Assembly: GCA_002269645.1 (NCBI GenBank)
Contig: NIVC01000029.1
Span: 992,001-1,056,000, forward strand
Direction of reading: 5' to 3'
From: Macrostomum lignano
Taxonomy: Eukaryota
DNA: 64,000 bases
This document shows, one piece after another, positions 40,956 to 54,249 of this stretch. The notes below the pieces were generated by a model. That model saw only the letters and a list, made by a program, of their open reading frames with translations, was not told the origin of the DNA and made no database searches. Every line of letters starts with the position of its first letter. Position 1 is the stretch's first letter. A program made the position numbers and the translations under genes.

Positions 40956-43352
40956 CTAATCGTGCTCACACTCTTCCAACAGGGGTACCAGACAAAAACT
41001 GCCTGATGGCAAGTTCGGAAAGTTGACATCGACTCGAATGCACCTCGCAGCCACATCAGTGAGACGTATGCAATTGTAATTTTCCCGAGTGGGTTCCTGA
41101 CTCGTAAAGATAAGCATATTTCGGAGTGGAACATCAGATGTAAAAAAAGCAAGAAAGATTGCTTGTTCAGATGCACTAGCACCAATATTGGTAAAATCCG
41201 GAACAGCATTGAACAGTAAGTCGATTAAACGACATTGTGGAGTCAGAAAAGAGCCAAAGATTTTGCTATCGGCAAAATGATTAATAGCAAAATATGAATT
41301 TGATACATCCAGGACATACGAACTACATGTTTTTAAAGTGCAATCCGCAGAAGTGGTTGTTAAAATTTTACCCCCAGAAGCGCCTAGAGTTCGATTTTCG
41401 CGCTCAGGAGGATTGCAGTAGTGCTTAGCGATGACAAGGAGTGCATCAGAAATTGAGGGATTGGAGCCTGCAGCAGGTTGCAGTGAATACAATAGCACTT
41501 TTAGCCAGAAAAACTTTTCGGAAATTTGCTTTCCATGAAATCGACTGCCAAAATGAAGCATATTAAAGCCATGCATAGCTGACTCAAAGGGAAACATTGA
41601 TGCACAATACAGAGGACCAAATCGTTCATACTGGTCGGGTAGATGATAGAGAAGATGAAAATTAAGAAGCATAACACGTTCGCCAAAAAACTCAGGACAC
41701 AGGTTAAGAAACATATTGCACAGACGTTTTAAAGTTGAAACACAAGAATTTTGCGAGTACAGCAAGTTATAAATAGAATTAAGAAGAAGGAGCAGGCCCC
41801 TAAGTTCGGGATTTTCGATTCGTGGAAGCAGAATTGATGGAAACAGATACAGAGCAAAAATCTTGTATGTTTTCGCTTTCCAAAGTGAGAGCTGACTAAT
41901 TGGAGGAACATTGCTAATACCTTGGGGAAGTTTCAGTTGCATAATCTGAGAGTCGATTACATTGACAGATGCTGAGCCTAGCACACGGTAATGATTGGGA
42001 TTGCAGCTTTTAGTCTTAGAATCAGTCAAGAAGGCTAGAATGTGTTTTACTTGACCTTCCCAGAGACAATGCATAGAATCAACAATGAAATTTTCTGGAA
42101 AACGAATGATTTTGAGAAGAGCAGTTTCGCGTTTGATTCCAAAATAATCCTTAAGCCCTTGAGCCTTGAGAACTGTGAGATGCTGCGCATGCATGGCATT
42201 AGTTCGAAGCGGAATTCCATGGACAGCGGGGAAGACACGAACTTGGCCTTTTTCTGACACCTTTAGAGACTTGCCAGGTAGGATGCATCTGGGACAAGCA
42301 AATTGTCCGTTGAATTGCTTGATTCCAAAAAGGTGAGATAAAGCGGGCAAATCGCAGGTAAAAAACGAGAAGTGAAGAAAAAACGTCACATTCCTTACTT
42401 TTACACACGAAGGCAAGCGATTTAAAATAGTAGGCAAAAACTTTTCAAAATTCGGCTTTCCTCGATTGGTAAACAAAGCGATTGTGATAATGTTGACAAA
42501 CTTCTGGCGTAATCTAACAGGCAAATTGAGGCACAGTGCACAGAAAGGCCACACAGACATTTCAGAAACTTTAAAGAAGTTTGCTCCGTCAGCCGAAAGA
42601 AGAAAATACAAGTGAAAAATGTCAGGAGATGAGCCGGTTTCTAGTTCATTGCTAACAGCAGAGTTCAGAATGTCAGTTTGAAATCCTCGCCTTAGCTCAC
42701 GCTGGTAAGATAAAATATCATTTAAATGCCTTTCAACTGTAAGCTCCACCTGATGGTTTACATTTAAGAGCCATAGTCCCTCGAAAGAGTCGACTGGATG
42801 TTCACTACAGTTTATAAGTAGACACGCTAAACAAACTTTCACAACGAAGTCCGGTTTTAAAATGAATGAACGAAGCAGAACCGCTTCCATTGCTTTGTAA
42901 GATGTAGGTAAAGCAGCGCGAGGAGACAGAATGGAAATGAGGCGAAGCATGTTTTTAACAGCTTTCTTGGAAACGTTCGACAAGATCATCCACAACATTA
43001 GAAGGGCACATTTGACCTCCATAGAGATACCTTGGATACAAAAGACAGAAAGAAGGTTACTATCCTCATCCGCAGAAAATATTTCAGGGTGCTCGATATC
43101 AGATGGACCAGCTGCCTGCACTTCATTCTCGTCATCAGCAGGAATTGCAATAGTCGGTTGCTCGCCGACGTTTGCTTGAATTGCAGCGGAAGAGCTCGAA
43201 TCGCTGTATTCACCCATGGATGTGTCAATCGAATGTGTACTTGAATCAACCGACATCGAGACATATGACGACCCAGAGGACAGACTTTCCGACGACCCAG
43301 AGGACAGACTTTCCGACGACCCAGAGGACAGACTTTCCGACGACGAACTCAT
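40956..43352 (-). CDS. EnSpm/CACTA-type (Tnp2/Transposase_21-like) transposase, 798 aa, uninterrupted
   Basis: Motifs SADGA..F...SVWP....LNLP...R; FTCDLPA......QFNG.FACPRC; VDSMH..WEG; NFHLLYHLPDQ..RFGPL...SMFPFES. Confidence 0.85.
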   Translation of the reverse strand: MSSSSESLSSGSSESLSSGSSESLSSGSSYVSMSVDSSTHSIDTSMGEYSDSSSSAAIQANVGEQPTIAIPADDENEVQAAGPSDIEHPEIFSADEDSNLLSVFCIQGISMEVKCALLMLWMILSNVSKKAVKNMLRLISILSPRAALPTSYKAMEAVLLRSFILKPDFVVKVCLACLLINCSEHPVDSFEGLWLLNVNHQVELTVERHLNDILSYQRELRRGFQTDILNSAVSNELETGSSPDIFHLYFLLSADGANFFKVSEMSVWPFCALCLNLPVRLRQKFVNIITIALFTNRGKPNFEKFLPTILNRLPSCVKVRNVTFFLHFSFFTCDLPALSHLFGIKQFNGQFACPRCILPGKSLKVSEKGQVRVFPAVHGIPLRTNAMHAQHLTVLKAQGLKDYFGIKRETALLKIIRFPENFIVDSMHCLWEGQVKHILAFLTDSKTKSCNPNHYRVLGSASVNVIDSQIMQLKLPQGISNVPPISQLSLWKAKTYKIFALYLFPSILLPRIENPELRGLLLLLNSIYNLLYSQNSCVSTLKRLCNMFLNLCPEFFGERVMLLNFHLLYHLPDQYERFGPLYCASMFPFESAMHGFNMLHFGSRFHGKQISEKFFWLKVLLYSLQPAAGSNPSISDALLVIAKHYCNPPERENRTLGASGGKILTTTSADCTLKTCSSYVLDVSNSYFAINHFADSKIFGSFLTPQCRLIDLLFNAVPDFTNIGASASEQAIFLAFFTSDVPLRNMLIFTSQEPTRENYNCIRLTDVAARCIRVDVNFPNLPSGSFCLVPLLEECEHD

Positions 43353-43812
43353 AATTTCAACTTCAGTTCTACGAGTGTTAGGATAGACTGAAAAGTTTGG
43401 AGAAAATTACGTACCCGTGCCATCGAAATAAGAATGTGCACCATCATCTATCGATAAATATGAAATGAAGTGGAATAAATTAGCTCGGTGGCGTTAAAGT
43501 TGAAGGAGTTTAGATTCTTCCACATATATACATTTTGAACGACTACGGAAATCATTAAGGGTATCCTAACTACCCATACAAAGAGTGCCAACACTTTTCA
43601 AACGCAACAGTTATTATTCTAAAAAAATAATTAAGGTAGTCGCTTCATTTTATATTAAAAAAACACTACAGAGTAAGAGTTTGACTTTAGCGCAGATAAC
43701 GTAAAATAGGGATCGATTCAGTTCAAAAACGTTATAGTTTGTTACATGTCGAATGGCAGTTGGGTGATTGCATCTTCAGTTAAAATATTGCGACACACGT
43801 TTAGCCGTCAGT

Positions 43813-46800
43813 CTAATCACCGGCCTTTCGCTTGCGGAAGGTTGACTCTGGACCAAGTCGATTCAGAGAGTCTTTGACGGCTGTCCACGCAGAAACCGTT
43901 TGATCCCTCGGGATATTGAAGGCCTTGTTCAGAATGCCTAGTTTTTTTTAAGAAAGATTTTATAGTAGCAGCAAATTCACACAAACATTTTCCAACAATG
44001 GAATGGCTACAGTGAGCCAGTTTGAATTTTTAGCTTTAAAAGACTATATAGAATGACCTGCATCCATCTAATGCCCACAATACTAAGTCAGTTGCCAAAA
44101 AACATTCAGTTGCAAAGAAATTGTATCGCTTACTCTTAAGATGGTCTTGCACTTCTCCTGGAGCCTTTGGCCTTTGTGTCGTGCCTTTGTACTCTCCGAA
44201 AACATGCGATTGCACATACTCGACGCCATACCTCGCAGAAGCATATGCCCTGATGAACTTCGACGTCGTTGTACGAGGCAGATCTGAGAAATTGCAAACT
44301 CGCCCATCGTGGCCTTCAAATTCCTACGAAAAAGTACAAAGAAAATTGGTACTCAGGACCGATTGTTTGGATTATGTCATGATAAATGTCAGTGAAATGT
44401 GAAAACGTCAAGCCACATGAAGAAGAGCGAAAAATAAGAAAAACAGTAAAGTAAAATGGCAAAGTAAAGCATATAATAATTTTATAGTAAATGGTTAGTA
44501 AAGAAAGTAAATTAATTTGCACAGAAACTGAGAAACCTACCTCCTTAAGGAAATCAGCTGATACCATTTGATGCAAGCTGGATGATGAAGTGCGAATCTT
44601 CCTCAGTTTGTGAGCGATGAACCGCTTCAAACTGTCTGAAACATTTGGTGTTTCACATTTGTACTATACTGATAGTGATTACATAAGCAGCACGAAATGC
44701 AGGATTTGTGAGTAAAAAAGTTGTATTACACTGAGATAATGAGAATAAAGCATAAAAACAAAAGCACAAGAAAGAAATAATTAAACCTTACCCATTCCTT
44801 CCTGAAATTCAGCCAGTGTGAGAGGCTTGGAATTTGTGGGATCGTTTGCACTTGCTGCCTTTGCTGATTCATGAGCCTGAAGAACTTGAGGAAGTAGTTC
44901 CGGTGGTAAGGCACGCTGTTCCTCACTTGCAATTAAAGCCAATGATGCCTCAGAATTTTGGTGTCTGTCTTCAACATGAGTACCAGCTGTCCTTGGCCGC
45001 TTGTTTGCTAGACTGCCTTGAGATTGCTTCCTAGCACGAGAATGAGCAGCTGTAGGTGTCGAAACTGGACTTGGGCTTACAAAAGAAACCTGAGTAGGAG
45101 GCGGAGTAGGCTGCCAGGTCTCATCATCATCCGAATCGTCAATATCACCTGCATCTTCATCACTTGAGTCTTCTTGTTGTCTCATGAAGACTTTCATATG
45201 AGACTGGACATGATCAGAGAGCTCGGAGTTCTCCTTGTTTTCAGTTATGAATGCATCAAGCTCCTTCTCAAGGTAGATCATTTTTGACCATGGTTCAGCT
45301 GCAATGAACATGCCATTGAAAATGCCATCCTTGAGAGCAAGTGGGTAGTCCTCACCCTAAAATAAAAATGTGATTCATTATTAGATTTTGAGCTAATATT
45401 AGACCAAATTAATTTTTTAATTAAGAATTATAAACAAACTAAATAGAAAATTCTTTTTAGAATAGTTAACAAAATAGATATAGCCTATTAGAAAGTTAGA
45501 CAAACTAAACAAAAGAGTCCTTTAGAAAGATAGACAAGCTAAAGAGAATAAATCCATTGGAAAAATAGACAAACTTAACTAAAATAAAACTTTAGATAGC
45601 TTAATAGAGTTGGCAAATATAGCCTATTAAAATACTAGGAAAACTAAAAGTATAAGAAATATTAAAATAGAAAACTAAAGCACTGGACAATAGTTCAAAT
45701 AGTAAACTTGCTATTGGATAGAATATAGGGCCTACCTTATCAGCAAATAGACCTTCCTATGAATTGAACACCTTAGGCTTAGCATAGGAATAAAATAGCT
45801 CATAGATAAATAGATATATAAACATACTGAGACCACTATATAAAATGTTATAAAAATCAATGAAGGCAGTCAAGTTTGAAAATGAATACATTATACAAAA
45901 TATATATTAAAAAAATAGACAATAAGACATTTAAAAATGGCCAAAATTCTATTGGGTTGTTAGGAAAGTTCTGTCCGTTTTTTATTTTTCTATGCAGAGG
46001 ATCATGAAGCTGTGTTGGATCCAATACTTGTGTATGCATATACAGCCAGAGTTGTGGTCATTCTAACCAAGTCATTTGCTTTTCAGCGCCCAATTATGGC
46101 CAGAAATTTTGAATTAAACAGCATCGCTCTAAGGCAGTGCATGCTATATGATTTTCTAGCAGGTATTACAGCAGCCGAATCGACTCGACGCCTGTGCAGT
46201 GCATTTGGCCAGGATGCTGTCTCTGACCGCACAGCCCGTCGTTGGTTTGATCGCTTTCGCAGCGGCGACTACAGCCTTGCTGACGAACCTCGCCCTGGAC
46301 GCCCATCTGAGATAGACACTGAGCTGCTGCGGACACTTGTGGAGGCCAATCCGCACCAGACTACACGAGAGCTGGCAGCCACTCTTGGGTGCTCCCATGT
46401 GCAAGTCGCTGAACACCTGGCTGCCATGGGCAAGAAAAGCAAGCTCGGACAGTGGACCCCCCATGACCTGACTGACAGGGACCGTCAAAGCCGAGCAGAC
46501 ATTTGCACCTCACTGCTCTCCTACAAGAGAACAACAGACTGGCTGGCCTCAATACTCACTGGCGATGAGAAGTGGGTGATGTACGTTAATATACACCGCA
46601 AGCGCCAGTGGGTTGATGCCGGCAAACCGCCACAGCCAGAGCCAAAGGCCCCACTGCACCCTAAGAAGGTGATGCTCTGCTGTTGGTAGGACAGTGAAGG
46701 AGTTGTATACTTCGAGCTGCTGCCGCCCAACACCAGCATCACCGCCGAGCTCTACTGTAACCAGCTGCAGAATGTGGCCGACTGCCTCCACACACAGCGT

Positions 46801-47962
46801 CCAGGGCGTCAGCATGTTCGCTTCCTTCATGACAACGCTCGGCCGCACACCGCCAATTTGACCCGACAAAAGCTGCTGGATCTGGGCTGGGAAGTGCTGC
46901 CCCACCCACCGTACAGCCCCGATCTGGCCCCTACAGACTACCATCTTTTTCGAGCGCTGCACCATCATCTGAAAGAGAAAACGTTTGAAGATGACAAAGG
47001 GGTCAAGGACTGCATTACTAACTTTTTTGAATCACAGCCCAAGGATTTCTACAGAGCTGGCATCCAAAGTCTGCCCTCTCGTTGGCAGAGGGTCATCGAT
47101 TGCGATGGCAATTATTTTACTGAGTAACACTGCTGCATTCCTATAAAAACTCGCTCCAACATATTTTAGTCAAAACGGACAGAATTTTCCTAACAGCCCA
47201 ATATATTCTCTCTATACTTAGAATAGAGAACATATAGAAAAGAAAGGAAAGCTAGCCAAACCAACCATAGTTCTTTATGCATGAGTTAGCTAATCATACT
47301 CTAACATTGATAGCAACTAAACAGCCTATTTCAAGCACTAAAAAGTAGTCTTTTGCAAATTAAACAGCCTTGGCCTAGTATTACTAAAACTATAAAAAGA
47401 TGAAATCTTAGAATAAGCCTAATTCACTAAAAAATACCTAACTAGTTCTATAGTTGGGCATCAGGGCCTACTCCCTACATGGCCTAAACTAGGCATATGG
47501 CTATAGAAGCCCAGCCTACTAGTAAAACAATATAAAAAACTATTTAGCTTCATTTAACTTTAGGCCCTAATAAATATATTTGTAGGAGTTAATAGATATT
47601 TGATAGTTAGGCACACAAAACTACATTCATTTTAAGCCATATGCACTCAAGCAATTTATTTATTTTTTCAAATCCTGCAGAATTTTGTATACAATATGCA
47701 ATAGCATTTGTAACAATTACTAGGATTAGGCCTGGGCCTAGTAAGTAAGCAAAAAATTACTTACAAAAATGAATTTCACATCAGGCTCATTATGGCTAAG
47801 TGCAAGACTGCCACGGGAAAAGTTATGATAAGTTCTTGTCTTTCGAATGAAGAATAGTAGGTACTTCGAATCATAAAATGACGCAGCAGAATTTGCCAAT
47901 CGTTGCACTGGTTTCACTACTCTATTCGAAGAGCGCCTACTTGAACCAGCCGCAAGATCCAT
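43813..47962 (-). CDS. Five-exon accessory (TnpA-like) gene of the CMC element, about 390 aa
   Basis: Exons 47962-47765, 45356-44792, 44635-44541, 44323-44134 and 43937-43813. GT-AG, phases 0/1/0/1, 1173 nt open. Acidic middle region; helical C-terminus (AWTAVKDSLN) is possibly BEN/DUF4806-like (inference). Confidence 0.6.
45952..47201 (+). mobile_element. mariner (D34D) element, 1250 bp, nested in intron 1 of the CMC accessory gene
   Basis: 30-bp TIR TTGGGTTGTTAGGAAAGTTCTGTCCGTTTT and matching right end; TA flanks at 45950-45951 and 47202-47203. Confidence 0.95.
46096..47127 (+). pseudogene. mariner transposase with a single in-frame stop
   Basis: WTPHDL, TGDEKW, HDNARPH and YSPDLAPTDYHLF motifs. 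TAG at 46687-46689 in the MLCCW*DSEG context, where W is expected. Confidence 0.92.
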
Positions 47963-49552
47963 TCAAGATCCACCAACTCTTAGTGTCTGAAGTCAATAAA
48001 TTCAAACCTATAATAATAATATATTAACTGAATTGGAATAATTAGAAATTGGAATAATTGTCACACCAGATTGATTAATGCAATTAAATTGTTGAGAGGA
48101 TGTCATAAAATAGTGAAGAAAACAAAGCTTTTATTTCGACAATCAAAATCGATTGAACAAGCTATGTTATAGAGAAATAACAAAAGCGACCCAATTTTTG
48201 CGTACGAATGTAAGTTTGTTTGCTAGATAAGAACCTGAAATAGAAATTTAATTACGAATTTCGCTTCGAGCAACAAAATAATCCAGCACGCAATTAGACC
48301 GCCATTTTAATTTCAATTTGTGATGGTCTAATTCGCTACGGCTGGATATAAAAAATGCATTTGTAATTTGATAATTGTTACAGAAAATAATGCATTTTTA
48401 TCGCACCACGTTTTATTATTTGTTCTTCAAAGTTAGCAACGGAAGTATAATTTATAAATACACAGATGCGCAATAAAGCCAATCTTGAACTAAATTCATG
48501 CTTATTTTGTTAAATAGTGTAGATAGAACTTTTACTAAAAATGCATTAAAAATGCACGTACATATAATGCACCAAGAATGCACTATTTTGTCATTAGATT
48601 CTGAAAATGCATTATTTGTCCATTTTGGGTCCCTAGGGTTGTTTTCTATGTTATGCCTTCATGGCCTCTCCTTCATTGCTTGTGCCTTATTATTTCAATT
48701 TAATTATCGCCTTTCATGATATTAAGCTATTACAATAGGTACTGTTCTTACTATCCAGACAGGTGCAAAAGTGAACTGCGCTGTAATTATTAATATTCTT
48801 TCTTGAACCGTTTTTCCTGATACTCTTAGACTGGCTCGGACAGCTAGTTCAGAACTGCACTGAAGAGTCACTTGCGACTGAAGAGACGATAAGAGCTATT
48901 AAAATACGGCACGATGATTTGTTATCATTAACGATGTCTCAGTTTCTATATATTAATCATTAACGATGCTAACAATAAGCGATGCACAATATAAATATTA
49001 AAGCAGTTGCGGGGCGCAGGGGGGCAAAATTGGGGTGATGGGCACACTAACACTGGATTTACAATCAATCACTCAATTTTAATTAAAATTATTTTACTGC
49101 GTCTGAGGATCGACTTAAGCTGGATAATTTTTTGATGATTCTACTCTCTTTGCCAGTGTAATTGTGTCATCTGACTAAAACCATCCATTGCCTACAAGCC
49201 GCGCTTTCAGTTTGACATCCACTGTCAGCCAGCTCTAGCTGTTAAAGTGTAATCGAACCTGGGCGATGCTGTCTGGACCCGTTTCTTTCTCTCTAGCCTT
49301 CATCAACTGGCCTGACCTAAATTAGCTGGGCTGAACGGTACTTCTACATGTACATTCAGAAACAGCTAACCCCCTGCCGTGGCACCCAGAAAGTGACATG
49401 TAAGGGTGGCGGGGGTTAGCTGTTGCTGAGTGTACTTATAAGAGTACTTTGCGCTTTCGCATGGCGGCATTTTTTCTGTGACATTGAAGTTCGGAGAGGA
49501 AAAGAGTCGGAAAAGTGTTAGACAGGGAAAATTGCAGTTTGCTATATAGTCA

Positions 49553-52310
49553 CTCTATGTTCGACATGGTGGCTCTTCTATGGTTGACATGGTGGCTCTT
49601 TAATGTTCGACATAGTGGCTCTTTAATATTCCCCCAGATAGCAAGCATCCCCCAGATAGCAAGCATCCCCCAAATAGGAAGCATCCCCCCTCCCAGATAG
49701 CAAGCATCCCCCAGATAGCAAGCATCCCCCAGATAGGAAGCATCCCCCAGATAGGAAGCATCCCCCCTCCCAGATAGCAAGCATCCCCCAGACAGCAAGC
49801 ATCCCCAAATAGTAAGCATCCACCAGACAATAAGTAGCTAGTGCAACAATTTCCTTAGCTCTATAGTGGCTCCTTTAAAATTGGCATGACGCTTACTTTT
49901 ACGTTTGAAATTGTGTATCTTTTATGTTTGACATGGTGGCTCTTTTATGTTCTACATGGTGGCTCTTTTATGTTTGAATCGGGGTTTTTTTAATGTCTGA
50001 CATGGTGTCTCTTTAATGTTTGACATGGTTGCTCTTTAATTTTCGAAATGGTGTCTCTTTTATGTTTGACATGGTGGCTCTTTGATGTTCGACATGGTGG
50101 CTCTTTAGTGTTTGACATGGTAGCTCTTTAATGTTAGACATGATGGTTCTTTAATGTTCGACATGGTGGCTCTTTAATGTTTGACATGATGGCTCTTTTA
50201 TGTTTGACATGGAGTCACATATATGTTTGAGATGGTGGCTCTTTTATGTTTGTGGCTCTTTTGGCTCTTTTATGTTCTACATGGTGGCTCTTTTACGTTT
50301 GGCATGGTGCCTCTTTTATGTTAGACATGGTAGCTCTTTAATGTTCGACATGGTGGCTCTTTTATGTTTGACATGATGATTCTTTAATGTTCGACATGGT
50401 GGCTCTTTTATGTTTGAATCGGGGTTTTTTAATGTCTGACATGGTGTCTCTTTAATGTTTGACATGGTTGCTCTTTAATTTTCGAAATGGTGTCTCTTTT
50501 ATGTTTGACATGGTGGCTCTTTGATGTTCGACATGGTGGCTCTTTAGTGTTTGACATGGTAGCTCTTTAATGTTAGACATGATGGTTCTTTAATGTTCGA
50601 CATGGTGGCTCTTTAATGTTTGACATGATGGCTCTTTTATGTTTGACATGGAGTCACATATATGTTTGAGATGGTGGCTCTTTTATGTTTGTGGCTCTTT
50701 TGGCTCTTTTATGTTCTACATGGTGGCTCTTTTACGTTTGGCATGGTGCCTCTTTTATGTTAGACATGGTAGCTCTTTAATGTTCGACATGGTGGCTCTT
50801 TTATGTTTGACATGATGATTCTTTAATGTTCGACATGGTGGCTCTTTAATGTTTGACATTGTGGCTCTTTTATGTTCGACATGGCGGCTCTTTAATGTTT
50901 GACATGGTGGCTCTTTAATGTTTGACATGGTGGCTCTTTTATGTTCTACATGGTGGCTCTTTTACGTTTGGCATGGTGCCTCTTTTATGTTAGACATGGT
51001 AGCTCTTTAATGTTCGACATGGTGGCTCTTTTATGTTTGGCATGGTGGCTCTTTAATGTTCGACATAGTGGCTCTTTAATATTCCCCCAGATAGCAAGCA
51101 TCCCCCAGATAGCAAGCATTCCCCGGATAGCAAGCATCCCCCAGATAGCAAGCATCCCCCCTCCCGGATAGCAAGCATCCCCCAGATAGCAAGCATCCCC
51201 CAGACAGCAAGCATCCCCAAGTAGTAAGCATCCACCAGACAATAAGTAGCTAGTGCAACAATTTCCTTAGCTCTATAGTGGCTCTTTTAAAATTGGCATG
51301 ACGCTTACTTTTACGTTTGAAATTGTGTATCTTTTATGTTTGACATGATGGCTCTTTAATGTTCTACATGGTGGATTTTTTATTTTCGACATGGTGGCTC
51401 TTTAATGTTTGGTATGATGGCTATTTGATGTTTGACATGGAGTCACGAATATACTTGACATGGTGGCTCTTTAATGTTTGACCTGGTGGCACCTTAATGT
51501 CTGTAATGATGGCTCTTTAATGTTTGAAATGGTGGCTCTTTAATATTTGACATGCTGGCTCTTTAATGTTTGACATGGTGGCTCTTTAATGTTCGACATG
51601 GTGGCTCTATAATGTTCGACATGGTGGATCTTTAATGTTCCACATGGTGGCTCTTTAATGTTAGACATAGTGGCTGTTTAATTTTTACATGGTGGCTCTT
51701 TAATGTTCAACATGGTGGCTTTTTAATGTTCGACATGGTGGCTCTTTAATGTTCAACATGGTGGCTTTTTAATGTTCGACATGGTGCCTCTTTAATGTTT
51801 GACATGGTGGTCCTTTTATGTTTGACATGATGGCTCTTTAATGTTTGACATGGTGGTTCTTTTATGTTCGACATGGTGGCTCTTTTATGCTTGACATGGT
51901 GGCTCTTTACTGTTTGACATGGAGTCACATATATGTTTGACATGGTGGCTCTTTTATGTTTGACATGGTGGCTCTTTAATGTTTGACATGGTGGCTCTTT
52001 AATGTTTGACATGGTGGCTCTTTAATGTTTGACATGATGGCTCTTTAATAATTGACATGGTGACTCGAAAATGTTAGACATGGTGACTCGTAAATGTTAG
52101 ACATGGCGGCTCTTTCATGTTTGACCTGGTGGCACCTTAATGTAATGATGGCTCTTTAATGTTCGACATGGTGGCTCTATAATGTTAGACATGGTGGCTC
52201 TTTAATTTTTGACATGGTAGCTCTTTAATGTTCGACATGGTGGTCCTTTTATGCTTGACATGGTGGCTCTTTAATGTTCGACATGGTGGCTCTTTAATGT
52301 TTGACATTGT
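49553..52310. repeat. 23-bp satellite A (GACATGGTGGCTCTTTAATGTTT)n with embedded 17-bp (CCCCAGATAGCAAGCAT)n blocks and higher-order duplications
   Basis: Visible. The 17-bp block and its flank recur at about 49630-49960 and 51080-51340. Confidence 0.92.
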
Positions 52311-52359
52311 GCTTTTTTGTGTTTAGCATTTTGTGTTTTTAAGGTTTTTGAATAAAAAA

Positions 52360-52880
52360 ATCTTTTTGCACTACTAAGATTCGAACCCAGGTCGCTGCAT
52401 TATCAGTCGAGTTTGTTCGCATCAATGCTATCTCTTGTCAATTGGAGAACATGAATTGTGGCCCTTATAATTAAATTCTTATAGCAAATCGGTTAGAGTA
52501 AAAAGTTATGACATAATCAATTTCTCAGTCAGCCAGTATCAGTGTCAATTTAAGTTAGCAATATTGTTACGCAATTTAAATCAAGTTGTGTGTGCATTTC
52601 TTCGGCACTGTTTTCAACTTGTTGTGATGCAATCTTTATCAGAATTGAAATTCAGTCAGTCAGGTTTTTATCTAGCATTCTTACAATGCATTTCAAGTCG
52701 AAAATTTTGCTTGACCTTTGCAAAAAAGCATGTTTTTCGAATATTTGATCTCTTTAACATTGAGCAATTTCTTAGCCAAGATGCATGTACCGTCTTAGGA
52801 AAATTTCTGATCGAATGGTGCAAGTTTGAAGAAAATCGGTTGAGCCATTTTTTCTGGAATCTATCTCACAGAGACACACT
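52360..52880. repeat. About 520-bp unit with a tRNA-like B-box head on the minus strand; duplicated at about 56258-56880
   Basis: CACTACTAAGATTCGAACCCAGGTCGCTGCATT opens both copies (minus strand GGGTTCGAATC); downstream sequences align. Confidence 0.7.
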
Positions 52881-53102
52881 AGCAATCTACGCCCCCCGTT
52901 GGGGAGCCAAAGAAATGCAATACACGTTTTTTTAGTAAGCTACATGTAATCCTTGAAATCTTTAAAAATCTCCTGTCAAAACTTGTAAGCCTTGACATGT
53001 CAGTAATTCCCCCCCACAAGCTTTAACATATCAACTTCCCCCCTTGACATCTCAGCAATGCCCCCAATAAGCCTTGGAAATCTAAAACTATCAGTCAACC
53101 TT

Positions 53103-53440
53103 CTAACCCTAACCCTAGCCTAACCCTAACCCTAACCCTAACCCTAACCCTAACCCTAACCCTAACCCTAACCCTAACCCTAACCCTAACCCTAACCCTA
53201 ACCCTAACCCTAACCCTAACCCTAACCCTAACCCTAACCCTAACCCTAACCCTAACCCTAACCCTAACCCTAACCCTAACCCTAACCCTAACCCTAACCC
53301 TAACCCTAACCCTAACCCTAACCCTAACCCTAACCCTAACCCTAACCCTAACCCTAACCCTAACCCTAACCCTAACCCTAGCCCTAACCCTAGCCCTAAC
53401 CCTAGCCCTAACCCTAGCCCTAACCCTAACCTAACCCTAA
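53103..53440 (-). repeat. Interstitial telomeric array (TTAGGG)n, about 56 units
   Basis: (CCCTAA)n on the + strand with CCCTAG variants near the ends. Confidence 0.97.
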
Positions 53441-54249
53441 AGCATTTACATTTCAGTAATTCTCTCTAAGAGTCATTATAGCGCTACTACAGCATTATAG
53501 CGATTCCCTGCAAGCCTCGACATCGTAGGGATTCCCAAATGCATCTCTTCACTTCGACATGAAGCTTCTTTTATTTTTTACATTACGCTTTTTTATCAGC
53601 GATCCCTCCCCTGAGGAGGCATCAAATAATGTAATAAAAAGTTTTCAATAAACTACATGTAGCTTCTGACTTTAGCCTTGAAATCTCATTTATACCCCCG
53701 TGAGCCTTGACATGTCAGCTATTCCCCCCGTAAGCCTTGACATGTCAGCGATGGCCTCCATAAACCTTGAAATCTAAAAAACCCCCCGTTAACCTTGAAA
53801 CCCGATAAAATCTAACCCTCAACCCAAACCTGACCTAAACCTAACTTTAACCCAACCTAAAGTCTTGAAATCTCAGCAATTCTTCTCCCCTAAGCCTTGA
53901 CATTTTAGTGATTCCTTCTTTAAGAATCACAGCACTATAACGATTTCCACCAAGCTTTGACATCGTAGCAATTCCCAAATGAATCTTTTAACTTCGACAT
54001 GACTCTTCTTTTATGTATACATTGTGCTACTTTTATTTTTTACATGACTCTTCTTCTATCAGCGCCCCCCCTGTGGCGAGCCAACAAATGTAATAAAAAA
54101 ATTGAGTAAAGTACATGAACTTTGAAGCAGCTTCTGACTTTTGCTTTGACATCTCAGAAACCCCCCCCCGTAATCTCAGTTATTCTCTGTGGGCCTTGAC
54201 GTCTCAGTTTTTCTCCCTAGCCCAGCACTATAGCTTCATTTAATTTTTA

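Larger units (their letters stand above)
39956..48638 (-). mobile_element. CMC/EnSpm (CACTA-superfamily) DNA transposon, about 8.7 kb, apparently complete
   Basis: TIR CCCTAGGGACCCAwAATGG..AAATAATGCATTTT at 39956 and ending at 48638; 2-bp TT flanks; subterminal AATGCATTTT repeats; encodes a transposase and an accessory gene. Confidence 0.8.

Noticed and set aside
53103-53440. True chromosome end or telomere fusion
   Set aside because: The array has a single orientation, is embedded in a locally duplicated block, and complex sequence continues on both sides.
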